A stretch of 64,000 nucleotides of DNA from positions 504,662 to 568,661 of the forward strand of contig CAZGEO010000001.1 of the NCBI GenBank assembly GCA_964525295.1. The letters are read 5' to 3'. Made by a program: the position numbers and the translations under genes. The stretch is from an uncultured Candidatus Saccharibacteria bacterium. GTDB lineage: Bacteria > Patescibacteriota > Dojkabacteria > GCA-002793355. The notes under the pieces are model-generated. The model made no database searches. It saw only the letters and a program-made list of their open reading frames with translations, and was not told the origin of the DNA. The number at the start of each line of letters is the position of its first letter. Position 1 is the stretch's first letter. This document shows, piece after piece, positions 47,919 through 57,726 of this stretch.

Positions 47919-48791
47919 ATTCTCGGCAAGTAATTTCCATTCGTTGAGCGATAATTCGTGTGCTCGTAAATGCAGTAGATGAGCAATTGTATCGGGTGCA
48001 TTGCTGTGTAGGTCTTTTTTGAATACTGAGGCAATGACTTTTCGTTTCGCTGTAAAGCCTGCTCTAATCACTTTTGCTAATGCAGTATCACATTCAGCAT
48101 CTTTAACCATAGATTTGCGATCTTTCCACGCAATTTCTAATATTGCGCTATCAACTTTTGGTGGTGGATAAAAAGCTCCTGGTGGCAGATTACGGGTAAT
48201 GCGACGTGTGGTCGCGTAGAGAGAGAGCTCCGTGCCAAGAAAAGCTGCGGTGGGCGGGTGGGAAATATAGTCATCAGCCACTTCTTTTTGAATAACAAAA
48301 CGAGAAGGAAGGGTGATGACCTCTTGAGAGATTTTCTGATAAATTTGACAATTCCACTTTACAATTTTCTTAGAAATATTGTAAGGCAACGATCCAAAAA
48401 TGTAACAAAATTCTTGTTTGCGGAAGAACTCGGGAAAGTACTTTAAAACATCGATATGCTCGAGGGAAAACGAAATTCTTTGAGGCAAATTTAAGGCTTC
48501 AACTCTTGTTTTTGTCGTCTGAATCGCTTCTAAATCAACATCTACAGCAGTATATGAAATTCGTAAGTGTGAAAAGGGAAGTAATTGTTGCAAAACGGCT
48601 TCTGTTACATTTCCGCTGCCTGGCCCGATTTCAACGATTCCGATAACAGCAGTTTTCTGCAGTGATTGTAATTTTTCTAATTCGTCGAGTGGAAACAATA
48701 GTTCCTTTGGAACTTGTCGTAAAAAGTGTTGTCCAAATTGTTTCTTATAGGTGAACGCCATGGTTGACTGTAGCATGTATGATAAAGTCAT
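47907..48791 (-). CDS. rsmA: 16S rRNA (adenine1518/1519-N6)-dimethyltransferase
   Basis: IVEIGPGSGNVTE motif I and the N6-MTase motif IV region FGSLPYNIS. Confidence 0.8.
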   Translation of the reverse strand: MTLSYMLQSTMAFTYKKQFGQHFLRQVPKELLFPLDELEKLQSLQKTAVIGIVEIGPGSGNVTEAVLQQLLPFSHLRISYTAVDVDLEAIQTTKTRVEALNLPQRISFSLEHIDVLKYFPEFFRKQEFCYIFGSLPYNISKKIVKWNCQIYQKISQEVITLPSRFVIQKEVADDYISHPPTAAFLGTELSLYATTRRITRNLPPGAFYPPPKVDSAILEIAWKDRKSMVKDAECDTALAKVIRAGFTAKRKVIASVFKKDLHSNAPDTIAHLLHLRAHELSLNEWKLLAENLIT

Positions 48792-48807
48792 GCTACTATA
48801 GAACTGT

Positions 48808-49494
48808 ATGAAGAGGGTGTTTCAATTTTTAGTAGTTATGGTAACAAGTTTATTGTTGCTTTCATTTCCTTCGGTTTCAGCGCAGTCAACAACGGCTACT
48901 TTGGTATTTTCACCAGGCTCTAAGAGTGCGCAGGTAAATGAATCATTTCCAGTTGATGTGATGCTTCGTGCAACTGGAGCAAAACGAGTAGGTTATACTC
49001 GTGCTGTCGTTACTTTTGACCCAACATTGCTTGAAGTTACGCAGGTTCAGCACAGTCAATTGTTTTGTAACTTTCCTACGGATGAAGCAAATTATGAAGT
49101 AGACAATACCGCGGGAACAATTATGATTACTGGTATTGCGACAGGAACTGAGCAGTGTCCTTTTCCTGAAATTACTGAACAAGCAACGATATTTGCAAGA
49201 ATTACCCTGAAAGCCAAATCAAGAGGTACTGCAACGCTAGAATTTCTTTATAACGGGCAAGCGGGTGAAACTGTATCAGGAATTACCGACACAAATAGCC
49301 CTTCACAGTTTATTATGACTGCTCCAGCAAAAGCGACGTATTCAATCGGCGCAATCGCAACAACAGCTGCGCCTCCTGGTGATTTAGGTGTTGATCCTCG
49401 CATTGTGATTGGTGGTGCGTTAATTGTTGTTGCCATTGGTTGGCTAACACGCCCCAAAAAGCAAGAACAACGAGTTGTATCAGTAAGTGAATAA
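48808..49494 (+). CDS. Cell-surface protein, cohesin-domain-like fold, signal peptide + C-terminal TM anchor
   Basis: Signal peptide, beta-rich domain (ATLVFSPGS...VDVMLRATG...VVTFDPTLLEV), C-terminal anchor IVIGGALIVVAIGWLTRPKK. Confidence 0.5.
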   Translation: MKRVFQFLVVMVTSLLLLSFPSVSAQSTTATLVFSPGSKSAQVNESFPVDVMLRATGAKRVGYTRAVVTFDPTLLEVTQVQHSQLFCNFPTDEANYEVDNTAGTIMITGIATGTEQCPFPEITEQATIFARITLKAKSRGTATLEFLYNGQAGETVSGITDTNSPSQFIMTAPAKATYSIGAIATTAAPPGDLGVDPRIVIGGALIVVAIGWLTRPKKQEQRVVSVSE

Positions 49495-49735
49495 AACTTC
49501 CCAGTCACTATTTCGAATTCATTTTATGGATATCTTTGGCCTTACCGCCTCATAACTACGTTGTGAAAATCACTTCGGGGTTTAGGGCTCGATATTTCGA
49601 CACTTTGAGTCCACTTTATGATTTTGCTTTCACCCACGCCCTAACGGACGTGGAATTCATGTTCCGAACTAGAATAATGCCCCAAGCCTTGCTTGCGTAG
49701 TATCAGCGTAACGTATTACGCCTTATGACAAATGA

Positions 49736-51244
49736 TTATTGTAATTTTACGAGTGTTAGTGCAGTGCTTCCCGCGGTTGCTTGTTGAACAGTTTTGGATA
49801 CTGCTTGATACCAAATGTCTCCGTTAGATGCGATGCAAATGGCGTTGCTTATGACAGTGTCTGTTGCACTCGGTGCAAAATATGCGTTCAATGATGAGTT
49901 TCTGATAGGAGCAAGATTAACCGCCCAATTTTTACCCGAAGTTGGCAATGTTGTTACTACCGACGAATACGTGTTGCCACGTTTCAGTTGGGTGCGAACG
50001 ACGCAATCTCCAATAGAATTTGTGATAGTTCCACTAATTACCGTTTGTGTCGTTGGAAGTGCGATTGGCGCAGGAGTAGAGAAGGATCGAACGACTGTTG
50101 AGTTTGCCGATTTGAAGAAATAGCCAGTATTTGAACTGAGTCCTGAAAGAGTCATGTGGTGTAATCTTCTGGGGGTGATATTTACGGCGTCTCGATCATC
50201 CTTCTTGGTGCTTGTTAGGGAGGTGCTTGATGTTCCGTAAGAAAGTGCCTCGGCTTCTGCCTCGCTACTAATCCACATAATGCTAATTAAGGCATCGGTT
50301 ACATTCGACATTGAAGGAGTTTCAAAGGAATTCAATATATCTGCCTTGCTAACGCTTGGTTGTGATGTCGTTACTGTTGGTGTGACTGCTCCTGTTACTG
50401 TAGTTGTAACGCCAATTGGTAAAAGTGGTACATCTTGTTTGCGGGTTACGCTAGGGGTTGCAGTTACTGTTGTTGTGGGTGTCGTGGTTGCCTGCAACAC
50501 AGCATTTATCGAATCTTGTGAGAATGACGGCATCAATTCAACTGTTACCGGTACTGATGCCGCAGTTTGTGTGGCAACGCTTCCAGCGTTGCCACCATCT
50601 GTAATTATGGCGACTTGTGTGTCTGTAGACACCTTCAAGTAGTCGCCATTTGTTAATGATCTTGCGCCATTTAGGTTGATTAGCCACGTGCCGTCATTGT
50701 TAGGTACTACTGCAAGGGGCATGCTCGTGGCGTAAGAACCAGAAGTGTTTACGTAAGCGTATATTATTGCATCGGTAGTAGTTGTTGCTACGTCACCATA
50801 AAGTGATACGGTTGCAGATTGCGTTGAAACAGGCGCAGACATGGTTCTGAAAGTCGCGGGAGCTTGGTCTAGGGCGGGGTAGGGGGTTGCTCCTACATAT
50901 AAACGATAGTAATAAACTTTATTTGGGAGCAAATTACTAATAGTAACTAAATGCGATCTGCGAGCCTTTGTTGTGCCATCGCGTTTGTCTCGAACATCTA
51001 TGGCAGTTGTTCCGAGAGATTCGGTTTCGCCGTATTGAATAGTACCAATCGAAGGAGCTCCAGCTGTTGCCCAGCCAATAGACATTGTTGTATCACTTCC
51101 GTTTGCAAAAGTGATTCTTTGTGGCAAGTTATTTGAGGCCTGTGGTGTAAAAATGTTGAATCGTTGCAAAGCGATTGCAAGTAGCGGAATGCTGACAGCA
51201 GCGAATATAAGTACCCATAAGGCAGTTGATTTCTTTCCATTCAT
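49736..51244 (-). CDS. Secreted protein with two purple-acid-phosphatase-N/fibronectin-III-like domains
   Basis: Signal peptide. Two copies of the FN3-like pattern (SIGWAT...TIQYGET...VTISNLLPNKVYYYRL; ISIMWIS...LSYGTS...MTLSGLSSNTGYFFK). Confidence 0.6.
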   Translation of the reverse strand: MNGKKSTALWVLIFAAVSIPLLAIALQRFNIFTPQASNNLPQRITFANGSDTTMSIGWATAGAPSIGTIQYGETESLGTTAIDVRDKRDGTTKARRSHLVTISNLLPNKVYYYRLYVGATPYPALDQAPATFRTMSAPVSTQSATVSLYGDVATTTTDAIIYAYVNTSGSYATSMPLAVVPNNDGTWLINLNGARSLTNGDYLKVSTDTQVAIITDGGNAGSVATQTAASVPVTVELMPSFSQDSINAVLQATTTPTTTVTATPSVTRKQDVPLLPIGVTTTVTGAVTPTVTTSQPSVSKADILNSFETPSMSNVTDALISIMWISSEAEAEALSYGTSSTSLTSTKKDDRDAVNITPRRLHHMTLSGLSSNTGYFFKSANSTVVRSFSTPAPIALPTTQTVISGTITNSIGDCVVRTQLKRGNTYSSVVTTLPTSGKNWAVNLAPIRNSSLNAYFAPSATDTVISNAICIASNGDIWYQAVSKTVQQATAGSTALTLVKLQ

Positions 51245-51396
51245 ACTAATTCATTATACCTTTTCGATACTAATTATCAATTGTTAATTTTCAATACTCA
51301 ATTTTAAGGAGTAAATAACGAAGTGTTAATTTGTAAAAGTCATCTATTAAAAACAAACTTCTTGCGAAAAATGTAAATACTCGATACACTGTTCCT

Positions 51397-52905
51397 ATGA
51401 AAGGATATATCTCACGACTAGTTCAGGAGCGTCTTGAACAATCAATTGCAAGTAATCTTATTACCATGATAATTGGCCCGCGACAGGTGGGGAAAAGTAC
51501 GTTAATGCAACATGCCCAAGAAATGGTAGAAAAGAAGCAGAGAACTGAGAAGAAAGATGGCGCAATGATAATTTCTCGTAACGTTTTCACGTATATTCTT
51601 GATGATATGCAATTGCGAAGTGCATTGAAAAAAGATGTTCGCTATATCCAAAAAGATATTGAACTTTCATTGGGCGAAATGCTTGAAAAAACAGAACAAA
51701 CAGTTCATATTTTTATTGACGAAGTACAAAAAATGCCTGCCTTGTTCGATTGGATGAAGCAGGTTTTTGATTCAAATAGTGAGCATGTCAAATTCATTCT
51801 CTCTGGTTCTTCTGCGGTATCGATCACGTCAGTCGCGAGCGAGACACTCGCAGGAAGAGTTGAATATATCAATGTCTATCCATTCGTTTATAACGAATTG
51901 CTTGGTGCAAAAGCTGGCATAGAACAATCATTTTTTGAAGACTTGATAAAAGAAATTGATTCTTACGCTGGTGGTGAAGCCTCGAGTGAAAGCGCAGATG
52001 ATATTTTGGCTCAACTAACAGCAGCCAGACCTGGTGCTGCTGATATTATGGCTTCTCTGATGGCATACTTTGATAAAAAACTTCCTGAATATCATAGTAA
52101 ACTGTCACCTGTCGTGCGTGAAGCTACGGCTTGTGTTGTAGAAACATTGTTTTATGGTGGTTTACCGAGAGTAATTACCGCTCCAATCGAAGAAAGAATA
52201 CGCATGATAAAAAACTATATTGATGTCTACATGGAAAAAGAGATCGGGACACTTGCAAGAAATCTCGATCTGGAGCTTTTTGGTTTGAGTTTGCAGTCAT
52301 TTGCACAGCAAAATGGGTCAACACTCAATATTAATCAAGTAAGTAAAGATGTTGGTATTTCTCGCCCAAGTTTATACAAGTATCTTGATTTATTGGAAAA
52401 TACCTATTTGATCAAGAAAATTCATCCATATGCAGCAGGCGGAGTATCAGAAGAAGCCACAAAAAGCGTGGTCATGTACTATCTAGATACTGGAATCCTG
52501 AACAATTTATCTTACGTTACGTCAATGCAAGAGATGATGCGTCCTGATGTCTTTTCTCGTATTTTAGGTACTTGGATGATGGGAAGTATGCTCGCCTCAT
52601 TTAGTATGTTGCCTCATGTGCCGGCGGTATCGTATTGGCAAAATTATGCTGGTCACAAATTAGACTTGGTGTTTGAACGTGGCGATATAGCATTTGCCTT
52701 TATGCTCCAGAAACCAAAAGATCCACGAAGAATTCGCTCAACTATTGAAAAATTTGCCGAAACTACGAGTCGTTCGAATGTTGTCATCTTCATGCCTTAT
52801 CTTGATGCTGTAGGTATGTCACTTGCGTATAAAATCGAGGTTAGCGAAGTTGAGGCAGGTAAACGAGTTCTAACGGTCGAAATTCCAGTACAGTTTCTTG
52901 GATAA
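51397..52905 (+). CDS. AAA-family ATPase (AAA_14 + DUF4143-like)
   Basis: Walker A IIGPRQVGKST, Walker B HIFIDEVQ. Confidence 0.65.
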   Translation: MKGYISRLVQERLEQSIASNLITMIIGPRQVGKSTLMQHAQEMVEKKQRTEKKDGAMIISRNVFTYILDDMQLRSALKKDVRYIQKDIELSLGEMLEKTEQTVHIFIDEVQKMPALFDWMKQVFDSNSEHVKFILSGSSAVSITSVASETLAGRVEYINVYPFVYNELLGAKAGIEQSFFEDLIKEIDSYAGGEASSESADDILAQLTAARPGAADIMASLMAYFDKKLPEYHSKLSPVVREATACVVETLFYGGLPRVITAPIEERIRMIKNYIDVYMEKEIGTLARNLDLELFGLSLQSFAQQNGSTLNINQVSKDVGISRPSLYKYLDLLENTYLIKKIHPYAAGGVSEEATKSVVMYYLDTGILNNLSYVTSMQEMMRPDVFSRILGTWMMGSMLASFSMLPHVPAVSYWQNYAGHKLDLVFERGDIAFAFMLQKPKDPRRIRSTIEKFAETTSRSNVVIFMPYLDAVGMSLAYKIEVSEVEAGKRVLTVEIPVQFLG

Positions 52906-52984
52906 TTTGCAATTCATAATTATCAATCGTCAATAGCAGTGATTCAGGCTTATTAAGAATTGAGTATTGAAAATTAATAATTAT

Positions 52985-53590
52985 TTATGGCAGCATTGCG
53001 CCTTGCGATAGAATCAAAAACCATCCTAGTCCGACTATCGCACCTAATCCAGCGCCAACGATAACGTCCATGATATAGTGAACACCTAATAATGGCCTGT
53101 TAAATACGTTTATGAATGCAAATGCGTAAATGACTTCTTTGTAAGGAAACGGTAAAAAGAACGTGGAAAAAAATATCAATCCAGAAGCAAAAGCGTGAGA
53201 CGATGGAAACGAAAAGCCTTTTTTTCTTCCAGCACTTAGTGGTCGCTGTCTTTTGAATATCCGCTTTATGGACAATTCATGAAAGAAAATGAAGAAAAGA
53301 ATGTACGCATCAAATGTTAATGGTGAGGGCTGTCGAGAAAAGCCATACCAAAAGAGAATTAAGGGAAGTGCTGGGCCATCCGAAATCCAGCCGATCGCTT
53401 TACTGAAAAACGAGAGTAGCGTATACTGTTGTGTAGTCTCGTAGAGGTAAGTTGAGTATTTATGGTCTAAATAATGGAGCTTCTGATAAAACTTCGTGAC
53501 ATATTCCAAGAACTTCGCTGGCAACAGTGGTGGAAAAATTTGTTTATCTTTTTGGTTCTCCTTTGGGCTCCTCATGTAACATATAGTCAA
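52985..53590 (-). CDS. PAP2-family lipid phosphatase (start uncertain; the 5' end overlaps the divergent UbiA gene)
   Basis: PAP2 motifs KRQRPLSAG, PSSHA, and H..D in GVHYIMDVIVG. Confidence 0.7.
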   Translation of the reverse strand: MTICYMRSPKENQKDKQIFPPLLPAKFLEYVTKFYQKLHYLDHKYSTYLYETTQQYTLLSFFSKAIGWISDGPALPLILFWYGFSRQPSPLTFDAYILFFIFFHELSIKRIFKRQRPLSAGRKKGFSFPSSHAFASGLIFFSTFFLPFPYKEVIYAFAFINVFNRPLLGVHYIMDVIVGAGLGAIVGLGWFLILSQGAMLP

Positions 53591-54346
53591 GTTAGTGCTT
53601 TAGGGGTCGGATTTATCGCCCTCTGCATTTCTAGTAGTATAGTTTATATATTCAACGATTTAAAGGATATCGAACTCGATAGAAAGCATCCTTTGAAAAA
53701 AGAACGCCCGATCGCAGCGGGAAAAATCACTGGAATTGAAGCATATTCGCTACTTCTGATTTTGACAGGCTTACTGTTTATTATTGTGGCACTACTGAAC
53801 AATGTGTGGTTTACTGGCTTGATTTTAGTTCAAATTATCGTCAATCTTGCTTACACTTTCGGGTTAAAACATGTTAGCTATGTTGATCTTTTCACGGTTG
53901 CGTCGCTTTTGATTTTGAGAGCGATTACAGGATTTATGTTGCTTGATGTTGCTATTCCGATTTTTATGATGATAGCGATTTTCTTCTTCTCGATGTTTAT
54001 TATGACAATGCAGCGAATTGCAGAATATGAAATCGTTAGATCAGCAGCACGACCAGCGCTTAAGGGCTACTCGTTGCAAATGCTTCATTTACTCTTAACA
54101 GTATCGATGATGATTACATCGGTTTTTTACTTTATTGCGTTTGCATTTGTATCACTACCACTTGCGTACACCGATATTTTGTACTTTCTTTCACTCGCAA
54201 CAATTAACGATTTTATGACATCTTCTACAACTAAGAAAGATTTGGCACAGAATGAACTTATGATTCTTTTCACCAATAAACGGGTGCTTACATATGTAGT
54301 TTTGTTTATTCTGGTAGTGATTACCATTCTTATTTGGTTTAGGTAA
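53474..54346 (+). CDS. UbiA-family prenyltransferase, decaprenyl-phosphate phosphoribosyltransferase (DPPR synthase)-like
   Basis: N-terminal LRWQQWWKNLFIFLVLL and NDLKDIELDRKHPLKKERPIAAGKI. This subfamily signature NDxxDxxxDxxHPxKxxRPxAxG is the one used by Rv3806c-type enzymes. Confidence 0.7.
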   Translation: MELLIKLRDIFQELRWQQWWKNLFIFLVLLWAPHVTYSQVSALGVGFIALCISSSIVYIFNDLKDIELDRKHPLKKERPIAAGKITGIEAYSLLLILTGLLFIIVALLNNVWFTGLILVQIIVNLAYTFGLKHVSYVDLFTVASLLILRAITGFMLLDVAIPIFMMIAIFFFSMFIMTMQRIAEYEIVRSAARPALKGYSLQMLHLLLTVSMMITSVFYFIAFAFVSLPLAYTDILYFLSLATINDFMTSSTTKKDLAQNELMILFTNKRVLTYVVLFILVVITILIWFR

Positions 54347-55200
54347 TGAATTTTAGGTTTTTTCTTTTATTGTTGAGGCAATGGCGAGTAGAGAGTTGGT
54401 ATAAACAGTGGCAAGTTTTTATTCCTTTAGTTTTTGTATTTAGTGTCGAAAATGCGATTCTTTTGGCTGGTGTAGCAGTAATCATGTGTTTTGCAAGTGG
54501 TATTGTTTACTCAATCAACGACGCAATTGATCTTAATTATGACTGCAAACATAATACCAAATCAAAGCGTCCGTTGGCTGCCGGAAATCTGACACTTTTT
54601 CAGGTGATTTGTGGGGTGATTTTTCTTGTCGTGGCAATTTTATTTTTATTGCTAATGTATAAAAATGTGTTTCTTTTGCTTGTCGTAATCTTATTTGTTC
54701 TCATGAATATATTTTATGCAAAAGTTGCCAAGAAACTGCCATATTTTGAGGTCCTATTCTACGGTATTGTGTTGCAATCATTTCGCTTTCTTGCCGGCTA
54801 TGCGGTATTTCCAATCATTGACTCACTATCTGTGTTGCTAGTGTTGGCTGCCTCAGGAATTTTTATGTTAAGTTTTTTGCGCTATACGGAAAAAGCCCTC
54901 TATGGTGATGAATCACGTGCAATATTACGAAAGTATTCATTGAGAGGTTTACGGAATTTTTCGATTTTAGCGCTATTGCTATTTGCCGCCTCGCATGTGC
55001 TCCTTCAGGCTGAAGTTTCTGCGCTTTTTGTGATTATTGTTGGTGGCAGGATGTACTCCGTTTTGTTGGATGAGAGAATTGATAAAGCGCAAAAAGATGA
55101 TTGGTTCAAGCTCTTCTTTGTTGATAGAGTGTTGAGAATTCTAGGATTTCTTTATGTTGCAACAATTCTTCTGTATATCGCAAGATTCCTGCTACAATAG
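54346..55200 (+). CDS. UbiA-family prenyltransferase, second tandem DPPR-synthase-like paralog
   Basis: NDAIDLNYDCKHNTKSKRPLAAGNL, about 8 TM helices. Its start abuts the upstream paralog's stop. Confidence 0.65.
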   Translation: MNFRFFLLLLRQWRVESWYKQWQVFIPLVFVFSVENAILLAGVAVIMCFASGIVYSINDAIDLNYDCKHNTKSKRPLAAGNLTLFQVICGVIFLVVAILFLLLMYKNVFLLLVVILFVLMNIFYAKVAKKLPYFEVLFYGIVLQSFRFLAGYAVFPIIDSLSVLLVLAASGIFMLSFLRYTEKALYGDESRAILRKYSLRGLRNFSILALLLFAASHVLLQAEVSALFVIIVGGRMYSVLLDERIDKAQKDDWFKLFFVDRVLRILGFLYVATILLYIARFLLQ

Positions 55201-55203
55201 GGC

Positions 55204-56583
55204 ATGGAACCAATGCAATTTTTTGAGAAAAACAAACAGCGCTTGCTTGAAGAGATTGTAGAGTTATTGAAAATTCCTTCGATTTCTACGAGAGATGAAA
55301 ATAAAAAGGATATCGCAGCAGCGGCAAATTGGGTTGAAAAGAAGTTGCAGCAGATGGGAATGGACAATGTTACGCAAGTAACCGTGAATGGGGGCAATCC
55401 TGTGATTGTTGCCGAAAAAATATTTGATAACAACCTACCAACCCTTCTTGTTTATGGACATTATGATGTGCAACCGGCTGAACCTCTAGAAGAATGGCAA
55501 AGCTCTCCTTTTGAGCCAGAAATTCGTGAAGGAGCGATTTATGGAAGAGGCACGACAGATAATAAAGCCCAATTTCTAACAAATTTTGCAGCATTGGAGT
55601 ATTATTTATCAGAACAAACTAATAAAACGTGGAATATCAAAGTAGCCATTGAAGGTGAAGAAGAGATTGGTGGGCCATCAATTGACGCCATGATTGTTGA
55701 TCCCCACTATAGCGAGCATTTTAAGGCTGACTATGCGTATATTTCTGATGGTCCATGGGTAAAAAATGATGTTCCTTCGATTGAATTTTCCTTGCGCGGA
55801 TTGGTGTATTTTGACCTAACACTGCGAACGTCACGTTCAGATATGCATTCTGGATTATTTGGTAACAGCGTTATGAATCCAGCTAATTTGGCTGGTTATG
55901 TGATCTATAAATTAAAGGATGTGTTGGCAAATCGCATAAAGGTAGCAAATATTTACAAACAGGTTCGTAAATTGTCGGAAGAGGAGATTGAATCGATTAA
56001 TACCGGTTCTATGAGCTGGGCTGATGTTAAGGAGCATTCTGGGGCATTTGTGATTACTCCAACCAGAAAAGACGGTAAATTGATGACTCCAGCGGTACTC
56101 ACAGGTACAAAACCAAGTCTTGATGTTCATGGTATTTCTACAGGTTTTACCGAAGTCGGTCGTATGAAAACGGTTATCCCTGCAACTGCTTTTGTGAAGT
56201 TCAGTATTCGTTTAGTTCCGTTTATGAATCCAGATGAAGTGGTAGCTTTGGTTGAAAAGTACGTAAAAAAGATTATGCCAAAAAATGTTGAATATGAACT
56301 AGTCTGTTTGTCGAAGGGCAAACCCTACTTGACTGATCCAAATGATGAACGGGTTCGTCACTTGATCGCTTCGTACGAAACTGCTTTCGGTAAATCACCA
56401 GTCCTGGCTCCAAGTGGCGGTTCCATTGGACTGGTGACAACGCTCGCAGAGGCTCATGGTGTCAAATCTCTGCTCGCCTCATACGGACTTCCAGATGATC
56501 GCCTGCACGGCCCTAACGAAAAGTACAATTTGAGCCAATTCGAGGGTGGATTTAGAACACTAGTGGAGTTTTTAAAACAATAG
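55204..56583 (+). CDS. M20-family metallopeptidase (dipeptidase/ArgE-DapE-like)
   Basis: LVYGHYDVQPAEPLEEWQSSPFEPEIREGAIYGRGTTDNKAQ, EGEEEIGG. Confidence 0.75.
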   Translation: MEPMQFFEKNKQRLLEEIVELLKIPSISTRDENKKDIAAAANWVEKKLQQMGMDNVTQVTVNGGNPVIVAEKIFDNNLPTLLVYGHYDVQPAEPLEEWQSSPFEPEIREGAIYGRGTTDNKAQFLTNFAALEYYLSEQTNKTWNIKVAIEGEEEIGGPSIDAMIVDPHYSEHFKADYAYISDGPWVKNDVPSIEFSLRGLVYFDLTLRTSRSDMHSGLFGNSVMNPANLAGYVIYKLKDVLANRIKVANIYKQVRKLSEEEIESINTGSMSWADVKEHSGAFVITPTRKDGKLMTPAVLTGTKPSLDVHGISTGFTEVGRMKTVIPATAFVKFSIRLVPFMNPDEVVALVEKYVKKIMPKNVEYELVCLSKGKPYLTDPNDERVRHLIASYETAFGKSPVLAPSGGSIGLVTTLAEAHGVKSLLASYGLPDDRLHGPNEKYNLSQFEGGFRTLVEFLKQ

Positions 56584-56586
56584 TGA

Positions 56587-56650
56587 ATTAAAGCGGTAAA
56601 GTAGTAAAGCACTAGCGCGCGAAAGCATTAAAGCGCTAAAGCAGTAATGC
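56587..56650. repeat. Octanucleotide tandem array (8 x NNTAAAGC-like units)
   Basis: attaaagc ggtaaagt agtaaagc actagcgc gcgaaagc attaaagc gctaaagc agtaatgc. Confidence 0.7.
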
Positions 56651-56675
56651 TTTAATATGGTGATTCCAAGTAAAT

Positions 56676-57689
56676 TCAACTTTTGTCATTCTCCATCAGC
56701 CATGCTGTGAATGAGTCTGGAGCAACGTTCAGTATTCGTAAGAATGGGTATTGAGGGCGTGCGACGTCTCTTGCAATGTAGGGAGCTTTGTGGAGATCGC
56801 GGGGAACAATTGTTGGATGTTCAGTATCTTTGAAGATTTTTATTACTGTTGGTCCGAGATTTTTGTGGAAAACTTCATGACGAATACCAGAATATTCTAG
56901 CCATACTTGGAGTGGTATTGCGAAGCTCAGTGGAAGTTCGTATTTTTTGATTATTTTTTGGAGGGTAAGATAATTGAATCCTGAGGCGCATAGCTCACTT
57001 AATTTCGTTGAGTGCACGATCTGCAACATTCTTTCTCGCCCAATTGAATAGCTTTCTGGCCATGAATAGCCAAATATCTTTCGAGTTAAGGCGAGGTGAG
57101 TCTCTTGTGTGGTATTGACGGGTAGAATGATGGGAATTTCGAAAAAAATTTCGGGACGATCAAAAGATGACAATAGAATGTATCCACCTGGCTTCGTTCT
57201 TTCCCACATGCGGTTAAGTATTTCGCCAGAATCAGTCATCGAAAAAAGTGCATTAAAAGAAGCCACAACGTCAAACTGTTCATTGTGCAGATAGCCTCCG
57301 TTGCCTAGGTCATGAGCATCGCAAATGAAGGGGCGAATTCGAGTATTTATATAATCTGGTGTGCTTCTCCATCTAGATTCAAATCGCTGAATAATATCTA
57401 AAGCTGTGTAACGAATTCTTTTTCTTGCTTGAAGTGCTAATGCAACAATTTCGCGTGCTATGTCAGATGATTGTGCACCAATTTCCAATATTTCACATTT
57501 CTCTGGTAAGTTCGGTATTTCTAATGCACGGAGAATCTCTGGCAAGTGATATTTTTCTGCCCATTCACGGTTATAGTCGGCATGAGAGTACCCATTATAG
57601 TGTTCTGTCGGTGCATTTAACTTTGCAACTAGGTCATAGTTGGCTTCCTTTCCGACTTTCGGCGCGGGCAGCAGATTGTGGTTCTGCAT
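56676..57689 (-). CDS. Putative SAM-dependent methyltransferase-like protein (337 aa)
   Basis: Weak motif I CEILEIGAQSSDIAREI. The gene is flanked on both sides by octamer arrays. Confidence 0.45.
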   Translation of the reverse strand: MQNHNLLPAPKVGKEANYDLVAKLNAPTEHYNGYSHADYNREWAEKYHLPEILRALEIPNLPEKCEILEIGAQSSDIAREIVALALQARKRIRYTALDIIQRFESRWRSTPDYINTRIRPFICDAHDLGNGGYLHNEQFDVVASFNALFSMTDSGEILNRMWERTKPGGYILLSSFDRPEIFFEIPIILPVNTTQETHLALTRKIFGYSWPESYSIGRERMLQIVHSTKLSELCASGFNYLTLQKIIKKYELPLSFAIPLQVWLEYSGIRHEVFHKNLGPTVIKIFKDTEHPTIVPRDLHKAPYIARDVARPQYPFLRILNVAPDSFTAWLMENDKS

Positions 57690-57726
57690 TGTTATGTATT
57701 ATCCCATAATGTTAAGCGGGACTCAA

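Noticed and set aside
53474-53590. Apparent ~117-bp 5' overlap between the divergent PAP2 and UbiA genes
   Set aside because: This is probably an artefact of the longest-ORF start choice for PAP2. The UbiA N-terminus (WKNLF...) matches family conventions, so the PAP2 start is likely an internal codon that I could not pinpoint.
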